Shown: positions 40,201 to 52,765 of the stretch, piece by piece
How the letters are laid out: every line of letters starts with the position of its first letter
Position numbering within the stretch: the first letter of the stretch is position 1
DNA from: the human T2T-CHM13v2.0 reference genome, Homo sapiens
Assembly (NCBI RefSeq): GCF_009914755.1
Contig: NC_060928.1
Direction: 5' to 3' (one strand)
Length of the DNA stretch: 64,000 nt
Translations under genes and position numbers: made by a program
The notes under the pieces: generated by a model
Told to the model about the DNA's origin: nothing
Seen by the model: only the letters and a program-made list of their open reading frames with translations
Database searches by the model: none

Positions 40201-43200
40201 TGTGTCCTCAACTAACAGAGTTGAAACTTTGTTTTGATACAGCATTTTGGAAACACTCTTTTTGTAGAATCTGCAGGTGGATATTTGGATAGCTTAGAGG
40301 GATTCGTTGGAAAGGGGATATCTTCATATAAAATCTAGACAGAAGCATTCTCAGAAACTTATTTGTGATGTGTGTCCTCAACTAACAGAGTTGAACCTTG
40401 GTTTTGATACAGCATTTTGGAAACACTCCTTTTGTAGAATCTGCAGGTGGATATGTGGATAGCTCTGAAGATTTCGTTGGAAACGGGAATTTCTTCATAT
40501 AAAATCAAACAGAAGCATTCTCAGAAACTTCTCAGTGATGTTTGCATTCAGCTCATGGAGTTGAACACTTCCTTTCATAGAGCCGGTTTGAAACACTCTT
40601 TCTGCACTACCTGGAAGAGGACATTTCGAGCGCTTTGAGTCCTATGGTGAAAAAGGAAATATCTTCTCATAAAAACCAGAAAGAAGCATTCTCAGAAACT
40701 TCTTTGTGTTGTGTGTACTCATGTAACAGTGTTGAACCATCCTTTTGACAGAGCAGTTTTGAAACACTCTTTTTGTAGAATCTGCAAGTGGATATTTGGA
40801 TAGCTTTGAGGATTTCGTTGGAAACGGGATGACATATAATATCTAGAGAGAAGCATTCTCAGGAACTTCTTTGTGATGTTTGCATTCAAGTCACAGAATT
40901 GAACATTCCCTTTCATAGAGCAGGTTTGAAACACTCTTTCTCTAGTATCTGGAAGTGGGCATTTCAAGCGCTTTCAGGCCTATGGAGAGAAAGGAAATAC
41001 CTTCAAATAAAAACTAGACAGAAGCATTCTCAGAAACTTATTTGTGATGTGTGTCCTCAACTAACAGAGTTGAACCTTTGTTTTGATACAGCATTTTGGA
41101 AACACTCCTTTTGTAGAATCTGCAGGTGGATATTTGGATAACTTTGAAGATTTCGTTGGAAACCGGAATATCTTCATATAAAATCAAGACAGAAGCATTC
41201 TCGGAAACATCTCTGTGATGTTTGCATTCAACTCAGTAGAGTTGAACACTTCCTTTCATAGAGCAGGTTTGAAACACTCTTTCTGCACTACCTGGAAGCG
41301 GACATTTCGAGCGCTTTGAGGCCTATGGTGAAAAAGGAAATATCTTCTCATAAAAACCAGAAAGAAGCATTCTCAGAAACTTCTTTGTGTTGTGTGTACT
41401 CAAGTAACAGTGTTGAACCTTCCTTTTGACACAGCAGTTTTGAAACACTCTTTTGGTAGAATCTGCAAGTGGATATTTGGATAGCTTTGAGGATTTCGTT
41501 GGAAACGGGTTATCTTCATATAAAATCCAGACAGGAGCATTCTCAGAAACTTCTTTGTGCTGCATGTCCTCAATTCACAGAGCTGAACCTTTGTTTGGAT
41601 ACAGCATTTTGGAAACATTCCTTTAGTAGAATCTGCAAGTTGATATTTAGATAGCTTTGAAGATTTCGTTGGTAACGGGAATATCTTCATAGAAAATCTA
41701 GACGGAAGCATTCTCAGAAACTGCTTTGTGATGTTTGCATTCAAGTCACAGAGTTGAATATTCCCTTTTATAGAGTAGGTTTGAAACACTCTTTCGGCAC
41801 TACCTGGAAGTGGATATTTCGAGCTCTTTGAGGCCTATGGTTAAAAGGAAATATCTTCCCATAAAAACTAGACAGAAGCCGTCTCAGAAACTTGTTTGTG
41901 ATGTGTGTATTCAACTAACAGAGTTGAACATTTCTGTTACAGAGCAATTTTAAAACACTCTTTTTGTGGAATCTGAAAGTGGATAATTGGATAGCTTTGT
42001 GGATTTCGTTGGAAACGGGATGACGTATAAAATCTAGAGAGAAGCATTCTCAGGAACTTCTTTCTGATGTTTGCATTCAAGTCACAGAATTGAACATTCC
42101 TTTTCATAGTGCAGGTTTGAAACACTCTTTCTGTAGTATCTGGAAGTGGACATTTCAAGCGCTTTCAGGCCTACGGGGAGAAAGGAAATATCTTCAAATA
42201 AAAACTAGACAGAAGGATTCTCAGAAACTTATTTGTGATGTGTGTCCTAAACGAACACAGTTGAACCTTTGTTTAGATACAGCATTTTGGAAACACTCCT
42301 TTTGTAGGATCTGCAGGTGGATATTTGGATAGATTTTAAGATTTCGTTGGAAACGGGAGTTTCTTCATAGAAACTCAAGACAGATGCATTCTCAGAAACA
42401 TCTCTGTGATGTTTGCATTCCACTCATAGAGTTGAAAACTTCCTTTCATAGAGCAGGTTTGAAACACTCTTTTTGTAATATTTGGAAGTGGACATTTGCA
42501 GCGCTTTGAGGCCTATGGTGAAAAAGGAAATATCTTCTCATAAAAACCAGAAACAAGCATTCTCAGAAACTTCTTTTTGATGTGTGTACTCAAGTAACAG
42601 AGTTGAACCTTCCTTTTGACACAGCAGTTTTGAAACAATCTTTTTGTAGAATCTGCAAGTGGATATTTGGATAGCTTTGAGGATTTCGTTGGAAACGGGA
42701 TATCTTCATATAAAATCTAGACAGAAGCATTCTCAGAAACTTCTTTGTGCTGTATGTCCTCAATTAACAGAGTTGAACCATTGCTTGGATACAGCATTTT
42801 GGAAACATTCCTTGAGTAGAATCTGCAAGTTGATATTTAGATAGATTTGAAGATTTCGTTGGAAAAGGGAATATCTCCATATAAAATCTAGAGGGAAGCA
42901 TTCTCAGAAACTGCTTTGTGATGTTTCCATTCAAGTCACAGAGTTGAATATTCCCTTTTATAGAGCACGTTTGAAACACTCTTTCTGCACTATCTGGAAG
43001 TGGACATTTCGAGCGCTTTGAGGCCTATGGTGAAAAAGGAAATATCTTCCCATAAAAACTAGACAGAAGCATTCTCAGAAACTTGTTTGTGATGTGTGTA
43101 TTCAACTAACAGAGTTGAACTTTTGTTTTTACAGAGCCGTTTTAAAACACTCTTTTTTTGGAATCAGAAAGTGGATATTCGGATGGCTCTGAGGATTTCG

Positions 43201-46200
43201 TTGGAAGCGGGAATACATATAAAATCTAGAGAGAAGCATTCTCAGGAACTTCTTTGTGATGTTTGCATTGAAGTCACAGAATTGAACATTCACTTTGATA
43301 GAGCAGGTTTGAAACACTCATTCTGTAGTATCTGGAAGTGGACATTTCAAGCGCTTTCAGGCCTATGGTGAGAAAGGAAATATCTTCGAATAAAAACTAG
43401 ACAGAAGCATCCTCAGAAACTTATTTGTGATGTGTGTCCTCAACTAACAGAGTTGAAACTTTGTTTTGATACAGCATTTTGGAAACACTCTTTTTGTAGA
43501 ATCTGCAGGTGGATATTTGGATAGCTTAGAGGGATTCGTTGGAAAGGGGATATCTTCATATAAAATCTAGACAGAAGCATTCTCAGAAACTTATTTGTGA
43601 TGTGTGTCCTCAACTAACAGAGTTGAACCTTGGTTTTGATACAGCATTTTGGAAACACTCCTTTTGTAGAATCTGCAGGTGGATATGTGGATAGCTCTGA
43701 AGATTTCGTTGGAAACGGGAATTTCTTCATATAAAATCAAACAGAAGCATTCTCAGAAACTTCTCAGTGATGTTTGCATTCAGCTCATGGAGTTGAACAC
43801 TTCCTTTCATAGAGCCGGTTTGAAACACTCTTTCTGCACTACCTGGAAGAGGACATTTCGAGCGCTTTGAGTCCTATGGTGAAAAAGGAAATATCTTCTC
43901 ATAAAAACCAGAAAGAAGCATTCTCAGAAACTTCTTTGTGTTGTGTGTACTCATGTAACAGTGTTGAACCATCCTTTTGACAGAGCAGTTTTGAAACACT
44001 CTTTTTGTAGAATCTGCAAGTGGATATTTGGATAGCTTTGAGGATTTCGTTGGAAACGGGATGACATATAATATCTAGAGAGAAGCATTCTCAGGAACTT
44101 CTTTGTGATGTTTGCATTCAAGTCACAGAATTGAACATTCCCTTTCATAGAGCAGGTTTGAAACACTCTTTCTCTAGTATCTGGAAGTGGGCATTTCAAG
44201 CGCTTTCAGGCCTATGGAGAGAAAGGAAATACCTTCAAATAAAAACTAGACAGAAGCATTCTCAGAAACTTATTTGTGATGTGTGTCCTCAACTAACAGA
44301 GTTGAACCTTTGTTTTGATACAGCATTTTGGAAACACTCCTTTTGTAGAATCTGCAGGTGGATATTTGGATAACTTTGAAGATTTCGTTGGAAACCGGAA
44401 TATCTTCATATAAAATCAAGACAGAAGCATTCTCGGAAACATCTCTGTGATGTTTGCATTCAACTCAGTAGAGTTGAACACTTCCTTTCATAGAGCAGGT
44501 TTGAAACACTCTTTCTGCACTACCTGGAAGCGGACATTTCGAGCGCTTTGAGGCCTATGGTGAAAAAGGAAATATCTTCTCATAAAAACCAGAAAGAAGC
44601 ATTCTCAGAAACTTCTTTGTGTTGTGTGTACTCAAGTAACAGTGTTGAACCTTCCTTTTGACACAGCAGTTTTGAAACACTCTTTTGGTAGAATCTGCAA
44701 GTGGATATTTGGATAGCTTTGAGGATTTCGTTGGAAACGGGTTATCTTCATATAAAATCCAGACAGGAGCATTCTCAGAAACTTCTTTGTGCTGCATGTC
44801 CTCAATTCACAGAGCTGAACCTTTGTTTGGATACAGCATTTTGGAAACATTCCTTTAGTAGAATCTGCAAGTTGATATTTAGATAGCTTTGAAGATTTCG
44901 TTGGTAACGGGAATATCTTCATAGAAAATCTAGACGGAAGCATTCTCAGAAACTGCTTTGTGATGTTTGCATTCAAGTCACAGAGTTGAATATTCCCTTT
45001 TATAGAGTAGGTTTGAAACACTCTTTCGGCACTACCTGGAAGTGGATATTTCGAGCTCTTTGAGGCCTATGGTTAAAAGGAAATATCTTCCCATAAAAAC
45101 TAGACAGAAGCCGTCTCAGAAACTTGTTTGTGATGTGTGTATTCAACTAACAGAGTTGAACATTTCTGTTACAGAGCAATTTTAAAACACTCTTTTTGTG
45201 GAATCTGAAAGTGGATAATTGGATAGCTTTGTGGATTTCGTTGGAAACGGGATGACGTATAAAATCTAGAGAGAAGCATTCTCAGGAACTTCTTTCTGAT
45301 GTTTGCATTCAAGTCACAGAATTGAACATTCCTTTTCATAGTGCAGGTTTGAAACACTCTTTCTGTAGTATCTGGAAGTGGACATTTCAAGCGCTTTCAG
45401 GCCTACGGGGAGAAAGGAAATATCTTCAAATAAAAACTAGACAGAAGGATTCTCAGAAACTTATTTGTGATGTGTGTCCTAAACGAACACAGTTGAACCT
45501 TTGTTTAGATACAGCATTTTGGAAACACTCCTTTTGTAGGATCTGCAGGTGGATATTTGGATAGATTTTAAGATTTCGTTGGAAACGGGAGTTTCTTCAT
45601 AGAAACTCAAGACAGATGCATTCTCAGAAACATCTCTGTGATGTTTGCATTCCACTCATAGAGTTGAAAACTTCCTTTCATAGAGCAGGTTTAAAACACT
45701 CTTTTTGTAATATTTGGAAGTGGACATTTGCAGCGCTTTGAGGCCTATGGTGAAAAAGGAAATATCTTCTCATAAAAACCAGAAACAAGCATTCTCAGAA
45801 ACTTCTTTTTGATGTGTGTACTCAAGTAACAGAGTTGAACCTTCCTTTTGACACAGCAGTTTTGAAACAATCTTTTTGTAGAATCTGCAAGTGGATATTT
45901 GGATAGCTTTGAGGATTTCGTTGGAAACGGGATATCTTCATATAAAATCTAGACAGAAGCATTCTCAGAAACTTCTTTGTGCTGTATGTCCTCAATTAAC
46001 AGAGTTGAACCATTGCTTGGATACAGCATTTTGGAAACATTCCTTGAGTAGAATCTGCAAGTTGATATTTAGATAGATTTGAAGATTTCGTTGGAAAAGG
46101 GAATATCTCCATATAAAATCTAGAGGGAAGCATTCTCAGAAACTGCTTTGTGATGTTTCCATTCAAGTCACAGAGTTGAATATTCCCTTTTATAGAGCAC

Positions 46201-49200
46201 GTTTGAAACACTCTTTCTGCACTATCTGGAAGTGGACATTTCGAGCGCTTTGAGGCCTATGGTGAAAAAGGAAATATCTTCCCATAAAAACTAGACAGAA
46301 GCATTCTCAGAAACTTGTTTGTGATGTGTGTATTCAACTAACAGAGTTGAACTTTTGTTTTTACAGAGCCGTTTTAAAACACTCTTTTTGTGGAATCAGA
46401 AAGTGGATATTCGGATGGCTCTGAGGATTTCGTTGGAAGCGGGATTACATATAAAATCTAGAGAGAAGCATTCTCAGGAACTTCTTTGTGATGTTTGCAT
46501 TGAAGTCACAGAATTGAACATTCACTTTGATAGAGCAGGTTTGAAACACTCATTCTGTAGTATCTGGAAGTGGACATTTCAAGCGCTTTCAGGCCTATGG
46601 TGAGAAAGGAAATATCTTCGAATAAAAACTAGACAGAAGCATCCTCAGAAACTTATTTGTGATGTGTGTCCTCAACTAACAGAGTTGAAACTTTGTTTTG
46701 ATACAGCATTTTGGAAACACTCTTTTTGTAGAATCTGCAGGTGGATATTTGGATAGCTTAGAGGGATTCGTTGGAAAGGGGATATCTTCATATAAAATCT
46801 AGACAGAAGCATTCTCAGAAACTTATTTGTGATGTGTGTCCTCAACTAACAGAGTTGAACCTTGGTTTTGATACAGCATTTTGGAAACACTCCTTTTGTA
46901 GAATCTGCAGGTGGATATGTGGATAGCTCTGAAGATTTCGTTGGAAACGGGAATTTCTTCATATAAAATCAAACAGAAGCATTCTCAGAAACTTCTCAGT
47001 GATGTTTGCATTCAGCTCATGGAGTTGAACACTTCCTTTCATAGAGCCGGTTTGAAACACTCTTTCTGCACTACCTGGAAGAGGACATTTCGAGCGCTTT
47101 GAGTCCTATGGTGAAAAAGGAAATATCTTCTCATAAAAACCAGAAAGAAGCATTCTCAGAAACTTCTTTGTGTTGTGTGTACTCATGTAACAGTGTTGAA
47201 CCATCCTTTTGACAGAGCAGTTTTGAAACACTCTTTTTGTAGAATCTGCAAGTGGATATTTGGATAGCTTTGAGGATTTCGTTGGAAACGGGATGACATA
47301 TAATATCTAGAGAGAAGCATTCTCAGGAACTTCTTTGTGATGTTTGCATTCAAGTCACAGAATTGAACATTCCCTTTCATAGAGCAGGTTTGAAACACTC
47401 TTTCTCTAGTATCTGGAAGTGGGCATTTCAAGCGCTTTCAGGCCTATGGAGAGAAAGGAAATACCTTCAAATAAAAACTAGACAGAAGCATTCTCAGAAA
47501 CTTATTTGTGATGTGTGTCCTCAACTAACAGAGTTGAACCTTTGTTTTGATACAGCATTTTGGAAACACTCCTTTTGTAGAATCTGCAGGTGGATATTTG
47601 GATAACTTTGAAGATTTCGTTGGAAACCGGAATATCTTCATATAAAATCAAGACAGAAGCATTCTCGGAAACATCTCTGTGATGTTTGCATTCAACTCAG
47701 TAGAGTTGAACACTTCCTTTCATAGAGCCGGTTTGAAACACTCTTTCTGCACTACCTGGAAGCGGACATTTCGAGCGCTTTGAGGCCTATGGTGAAAAAG
47801 GAAATATCTTCTCATAAAAACCAGAAAGAAGCATTCTCAGAAACTTCTTTGTGTTGTGTGTACTCAAGTAACAGTGTTGAACCTTCCTTTTGACACAGCA
47901 GTTTTGAAACACTCTTTTGGTAGAATCTGCAAGTGGATATTTGGATAGGTTTGAGGATTTCGTTGGAAACGGGTTATCTTCATATAAAATCCAGACAGGA
48001 GCATTCTCAGAAACTTCTTTGTGCTGCATGTCCTCAATTCACAGAGCTGAACCTTTGTTTGGATACAGCATTTTGGAAACATTCCTTTAGTAGAATCTGC
48101 AAGTTGATATTTAGATAGCTTTGAAGATTTCGTTGGTAACGGGAATATCTTCATAGAAAATCTAGACGGAAGCATTCTCAGAAACTGCTTTGTGATGTTT
48201 GCATTCAAGTCACAGAGTTGAATATTCCCTTTTATAGAGTAGGTTTGAAACACTCTTTCGGCACTACCTGGAAGTGGATATTTCGAGCTCTTTGAGGCCT
48301 ATGGTTAAAAGGAAATATCTTCCCATAAAAACTAGACAGAAGCCGTCTCAGAAACTTGTTTGTGATGTGTGTATTCAACTAACAGAGTTGAACATTTCTG
48401 TTACAGAGCAATTTTAAAACACTCTTTTTGTGGAATCTGAAAGTGGATAATTGGATAGCTTTGTGGATTTCGTTGGAAACGGGATGACGTATAAAATCTA
48501 GAGAGAAGCATTCTCAGGAACTTCTTTGTGATGTTTGCATTCAAGTCACAGAATTGAACATTCCTTTTCATAGTGCAGGTTTGAAACACTCTTTCTGTAG
48601 TATCTGGAAGTGGACATTTCAAGCGCTTTCAGGCCTACGGGGAGAAAGGAAATATCTTCAAATAAAAACTAGACAGAAGGATTCTCAGAAACTTATTTGT
48701 GATGTGTGTCCTAAACGAACACAGTTGAACCTTTGTTTTGATACAGCATTTTGGAAACACTCCTTTTGTAGGATCTGCAGGTGGATATTTGGATAGATTT
48801 TAAGATTTCGTTGGAAACGGGAGTTTCTTCATAGAAACTCAAGACAGATGCATTCTCAGAAACATCTCTGTGATGTTTGCATTCCACTCATAGAGTTGAA
48901 AACTTCCTTTCATAGAGCAGGTTTGAAACACTCTTTTTGTAATATTTGGAAGTGGACATTTGCAGCGCTTTGAGGCCTATGGTGAAAAAGGAAATATCTT
49001 CTCATAAAAACCAGAAACAAGCATTCTCAGAAACTTCTTTTTGATGTGTGTACTCAAGTAACAGAGTTGAACCTTCCTTTTGACACAGCAGTTTTGAAAC
49101 AATCTTTTTGTAGAATCTGCAAGTGGATATTTGGATAGCTTTGAGGATTTCGTTGGAAACGGGATATCTTCATATAAAATCTAGACAGAAGCTTTCTCAG

Positions 49201-52200
49201 AAACTTCTTTGTGCTGTATGTCCTCAATTAACAGATTTGAACCATTGCTTGGATACAGCATTTTGGAAACATTCCTTGAGTAGAATCTGCAAGTTGATAT
49301 TTAGGTAGATTTGAAGATTTCGTTGGAAAAGGGAATATCTCCATAGAAAATCTAGAGGGAAGCATTCTCAGAAACTGCTTTGTGATGTTTCCATTCAAGT
49401 CACAGAGTTGAATATTCCCTTTTATAGAGCACGTTTGAAACACTCTTTCTGCACTATCTGGAAGTGGACATTTCGAGCGCTTTGAGGCCTATGGTGAAAA
49501 AGGAAATATCTTCCCATAAAAACTAGACAGAAGCATTCTCAGAAACTTGTTTGTGATGTGTGTATTCAACTAACAGAGTTGAACTTTTGTTTTTACAGAG
49601 CCGTTTTAAAACACTCTTTTTGTGGAATCAGAAAGTGGATATTCGGATGGCTCTGAGGATTTCGTTGGAAGCGGGATTACATATAAAATCTAGAGAGAAG
49701 CATTCTCAGGAACTTCTTTGTGATGTTTGCATTGAAGTCACAGAATTGAACATTCACTTTGATAGAGCAGGTTTGAAACACTCATTCTGTAGTATCTGGA
49801 AGTGGACATTTCAAGCGCTTTCAGGCCTATGGTGAGAAAGGAAATATCTTCGAATAAAAACTAGACAGAAGCATCCTCAGAAACTTATTTGTGATGTGTG
49901 TCCTCAACTAACAGAGTTGAAACTTTGTTTTGATACAGCATTTTGGAAACACTCTTTTTGTAGAATCTGCAGGTGGATATTTGGATAGCTTAGAGGGATT
50001 CGTTGGAAAGGGGATATCTTCATATAAAATCTAGACAGAAGCATTCTCAGAAACTTATTTGTGATGTGTGTCCTCAACTAACAGAGTTGAACCTTGGTTT
50101 TGATACAGCATTTTGGAAACACTCCTTTTGTAGAATCTGCAGGTGGATATGTGGATAGCTCTGAAGATTTCGTTGGAAACGGGAATTTCTTCATATAAAA
50201 TCAAACAGAAGCATTCTCAGAAACTTCTCAGTGATGTTTGCATTCAGCTCATGGAGTTGAACACTTCCTTTCATAGAGCCGGTTTGAAACACTCTTTCTG
50301 CACTACCTGGAAGAGGACATTTCGAGCGCTTTGAGTCCTATGGTGAAAAAGGAAATATCTTCTCATAAAAACCAGAAAGAAGCATTCTCAGAAACTTCTT
50401 TGTGTTGTGTGTACTCATGTAACAGTGTTGAACCATCCTTTTGACAGAGCAGTTTTGAAACACTCTTTTTGTAGAATCTGCAAGTGGATATTTGGATAGC
50501 TTTGAGGATTTCGTTGGAAACGGGATGACATATAATATCTAGAGAGAAGCATACTCAGGAACTTCTTTGTGATGTTTGCATTCAAGTCACAGAATTGAAC
50601 ATTCCCTTTCATAGAGCAGGTTTGAAACACTCTTTCTCTAGTATCTGGAAGTGGGCATTTCAAGCGCTTTCAGGCCTATGGAGAGAAAGGAAATACCTTC
50701 AAATAAAAACTAGACAGAAGCATTCTCAGAAACTTATTTGTGATGTGTGTCCTCAACTAACAGAGTTGAACCTTTGTTTTGATACAGCATTTTGGAAACA
50801 CTCCTTTTGTAGAATCTGCAGGTGGATATTTGGATAACTTTGAAGATTTCGTTGGAAACCGGAATATCTTCATATAAAATCAAGACAGAAGCATTCTCTG
50901 AAACATCTCTGTGATGTTTGCATTCAACTCAGTAGAGTTGAACACTTCCTTTCATAGAGCAGGTTTGAAACACTCTTTCTGCACTACCTGGAAGCGGACA
51001 TTTCGAGCGCTTTGAGGCCTATGGTGAAAAAGGAAATATCTTCTCATAAAAACCAGAAAGAAGCATTCTCAGAAACTTCTTTGTGTTGTGTGTACTCAAG
51101 TAACAGTGTTGAACCTTCCTTTTGACACAGCTGTTTTGAAACACTCTTTTGGTAGAATCTGCAAGTGGATATTTGGATAGGTTTGAGGATTTCGTTGGAA
51201 ACGGGTTATCTTCATATAAAATCCAGACAGGAGCATTCTCAGAAACTTCTTTGTGCTGCATGTCCTCAATTCACAGAGCTGAACCTTTGTTTGGATACAG
51301 CATTTTGGAAACATTCCTTTAGTAGAATCTGCAAGTTGATATTTAGATAGCTTTGAAGATTTCGTTGGAAACGGGAATATCTTCATAGAAAATCTAGACG
51401 GAAGCATTCTCAGAAACTGCTTTGTGATGTTTGCATTCAAGTCACAGAGTTGAATATTCCCTTTTATAGAGTAGGTTTGAAACACTCTTTCGGCACTACC
51501 TGGAAGTGGATATTTCGAGCTCTTTGAGGCCTATGGTTAAAAGGAAATATCTTCCCATAAAAACTAGACAGAAGCCGTCTCAGAAACTTGTTTGTGATGT
51601 GTGTATTCAACTACCAGAGTTGAACATTTCTGTTACAGAGCAATTTTAAAACACTCTTTTTGTGGAATCTGAAAGTGGATAATTGGATAGCTTTGTGGAT
51701 TTCGTTGGAAACGGGATGACGTATAAAATCTAGAGAGAAGCATTCTCAGGAACTTCTTTGTGATGTTTGCATTCAAGTCACAGAATTGAACATTCCTTTT
51801 CATAGTGCAGGTTTGAAACACTCTTTCTGTAGTATCTGGAAGTGGACATTTCAAGCGCTTTCAGGCCTACGGGGAGAAAGGAAATATCTTCAAATAAAAA
51901 CTAGACAGAAGGATTCTCAGAAACTTATTTGTGATGTGTGTCCTAAACGAACACAGTTGAACCTTTGTTTTGATACAGCATTTTGGAAACACTCCTTTTG
52001 TAGGATCTGCAGGTGGATATTTGGATAGATTTTAAGATTTCGTTGGAAACGGGAGTTTCTTCATAGAAACTCAAGACAGATGCATTCTCAGAAACATCTC
52101 TGTGATGTTTGCATTCCACTCATAGAGTTGAAAACTTCCTTTCATAGAGCAGGTTTGAAACACTCTTTTTGTAATATTTGGAAGTGGACATTTGCAGCGC

Positions 52201-52765
52201 TTTGAGGCCTATGGTGAAAAAGGAAATATCTTCTCATAAAAACCAGAAACAAGCATTCTCAGAAACTTCTTTTTGATGTGTGTACTCAAGTAACAGAGTT
52301 GAACCTTCCTTTTGACACAGCAGTTTTGAAACAATCTTTTTGTAGAATCTGCAAGTGGATATTTGGATAGCTTTGAGGATTTCGTTGGAAACGGGATATC
52401 TTCATATAAAATCTAGACAGAAGCATTCTCAGAAACTTCTTTGTGCTGTATGTCCTCAATTAACAGAGTTGAACCATTGCTTGGATACAGCATTTTGGAA
52501 ACATTCCTTGAGTAGAATCTGCAAGTTGATATTTAGATAGATTTGAAGATTTCGTTGGAAAAGGGAATATCTCCATATAAAATCTAGAGGGAAGCATTCT
52601 CAGAAACTGCTTTGTGATGTTTCCATTCAAGTCACAGAGTTGAATATTCCCTTTTATAGAGCACGTTTGAAACACTCTTTCTGCACTATCTGGAAGTGGA
52701 CATTTCGAGCGCTTTGAGGCCTATGGTGAAAAAGGAAATATCTTCCCATAAAAATTAGACAGAAG
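4286..52765 (+). repeat. Run of 15 full-length 19-mer HORs (U3-U17)
   Basis: The m1 marker ORF occurs at 4312 + n x 3232 up to 52792. Only substitutions were seen between copies. Confidence 0.95.
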
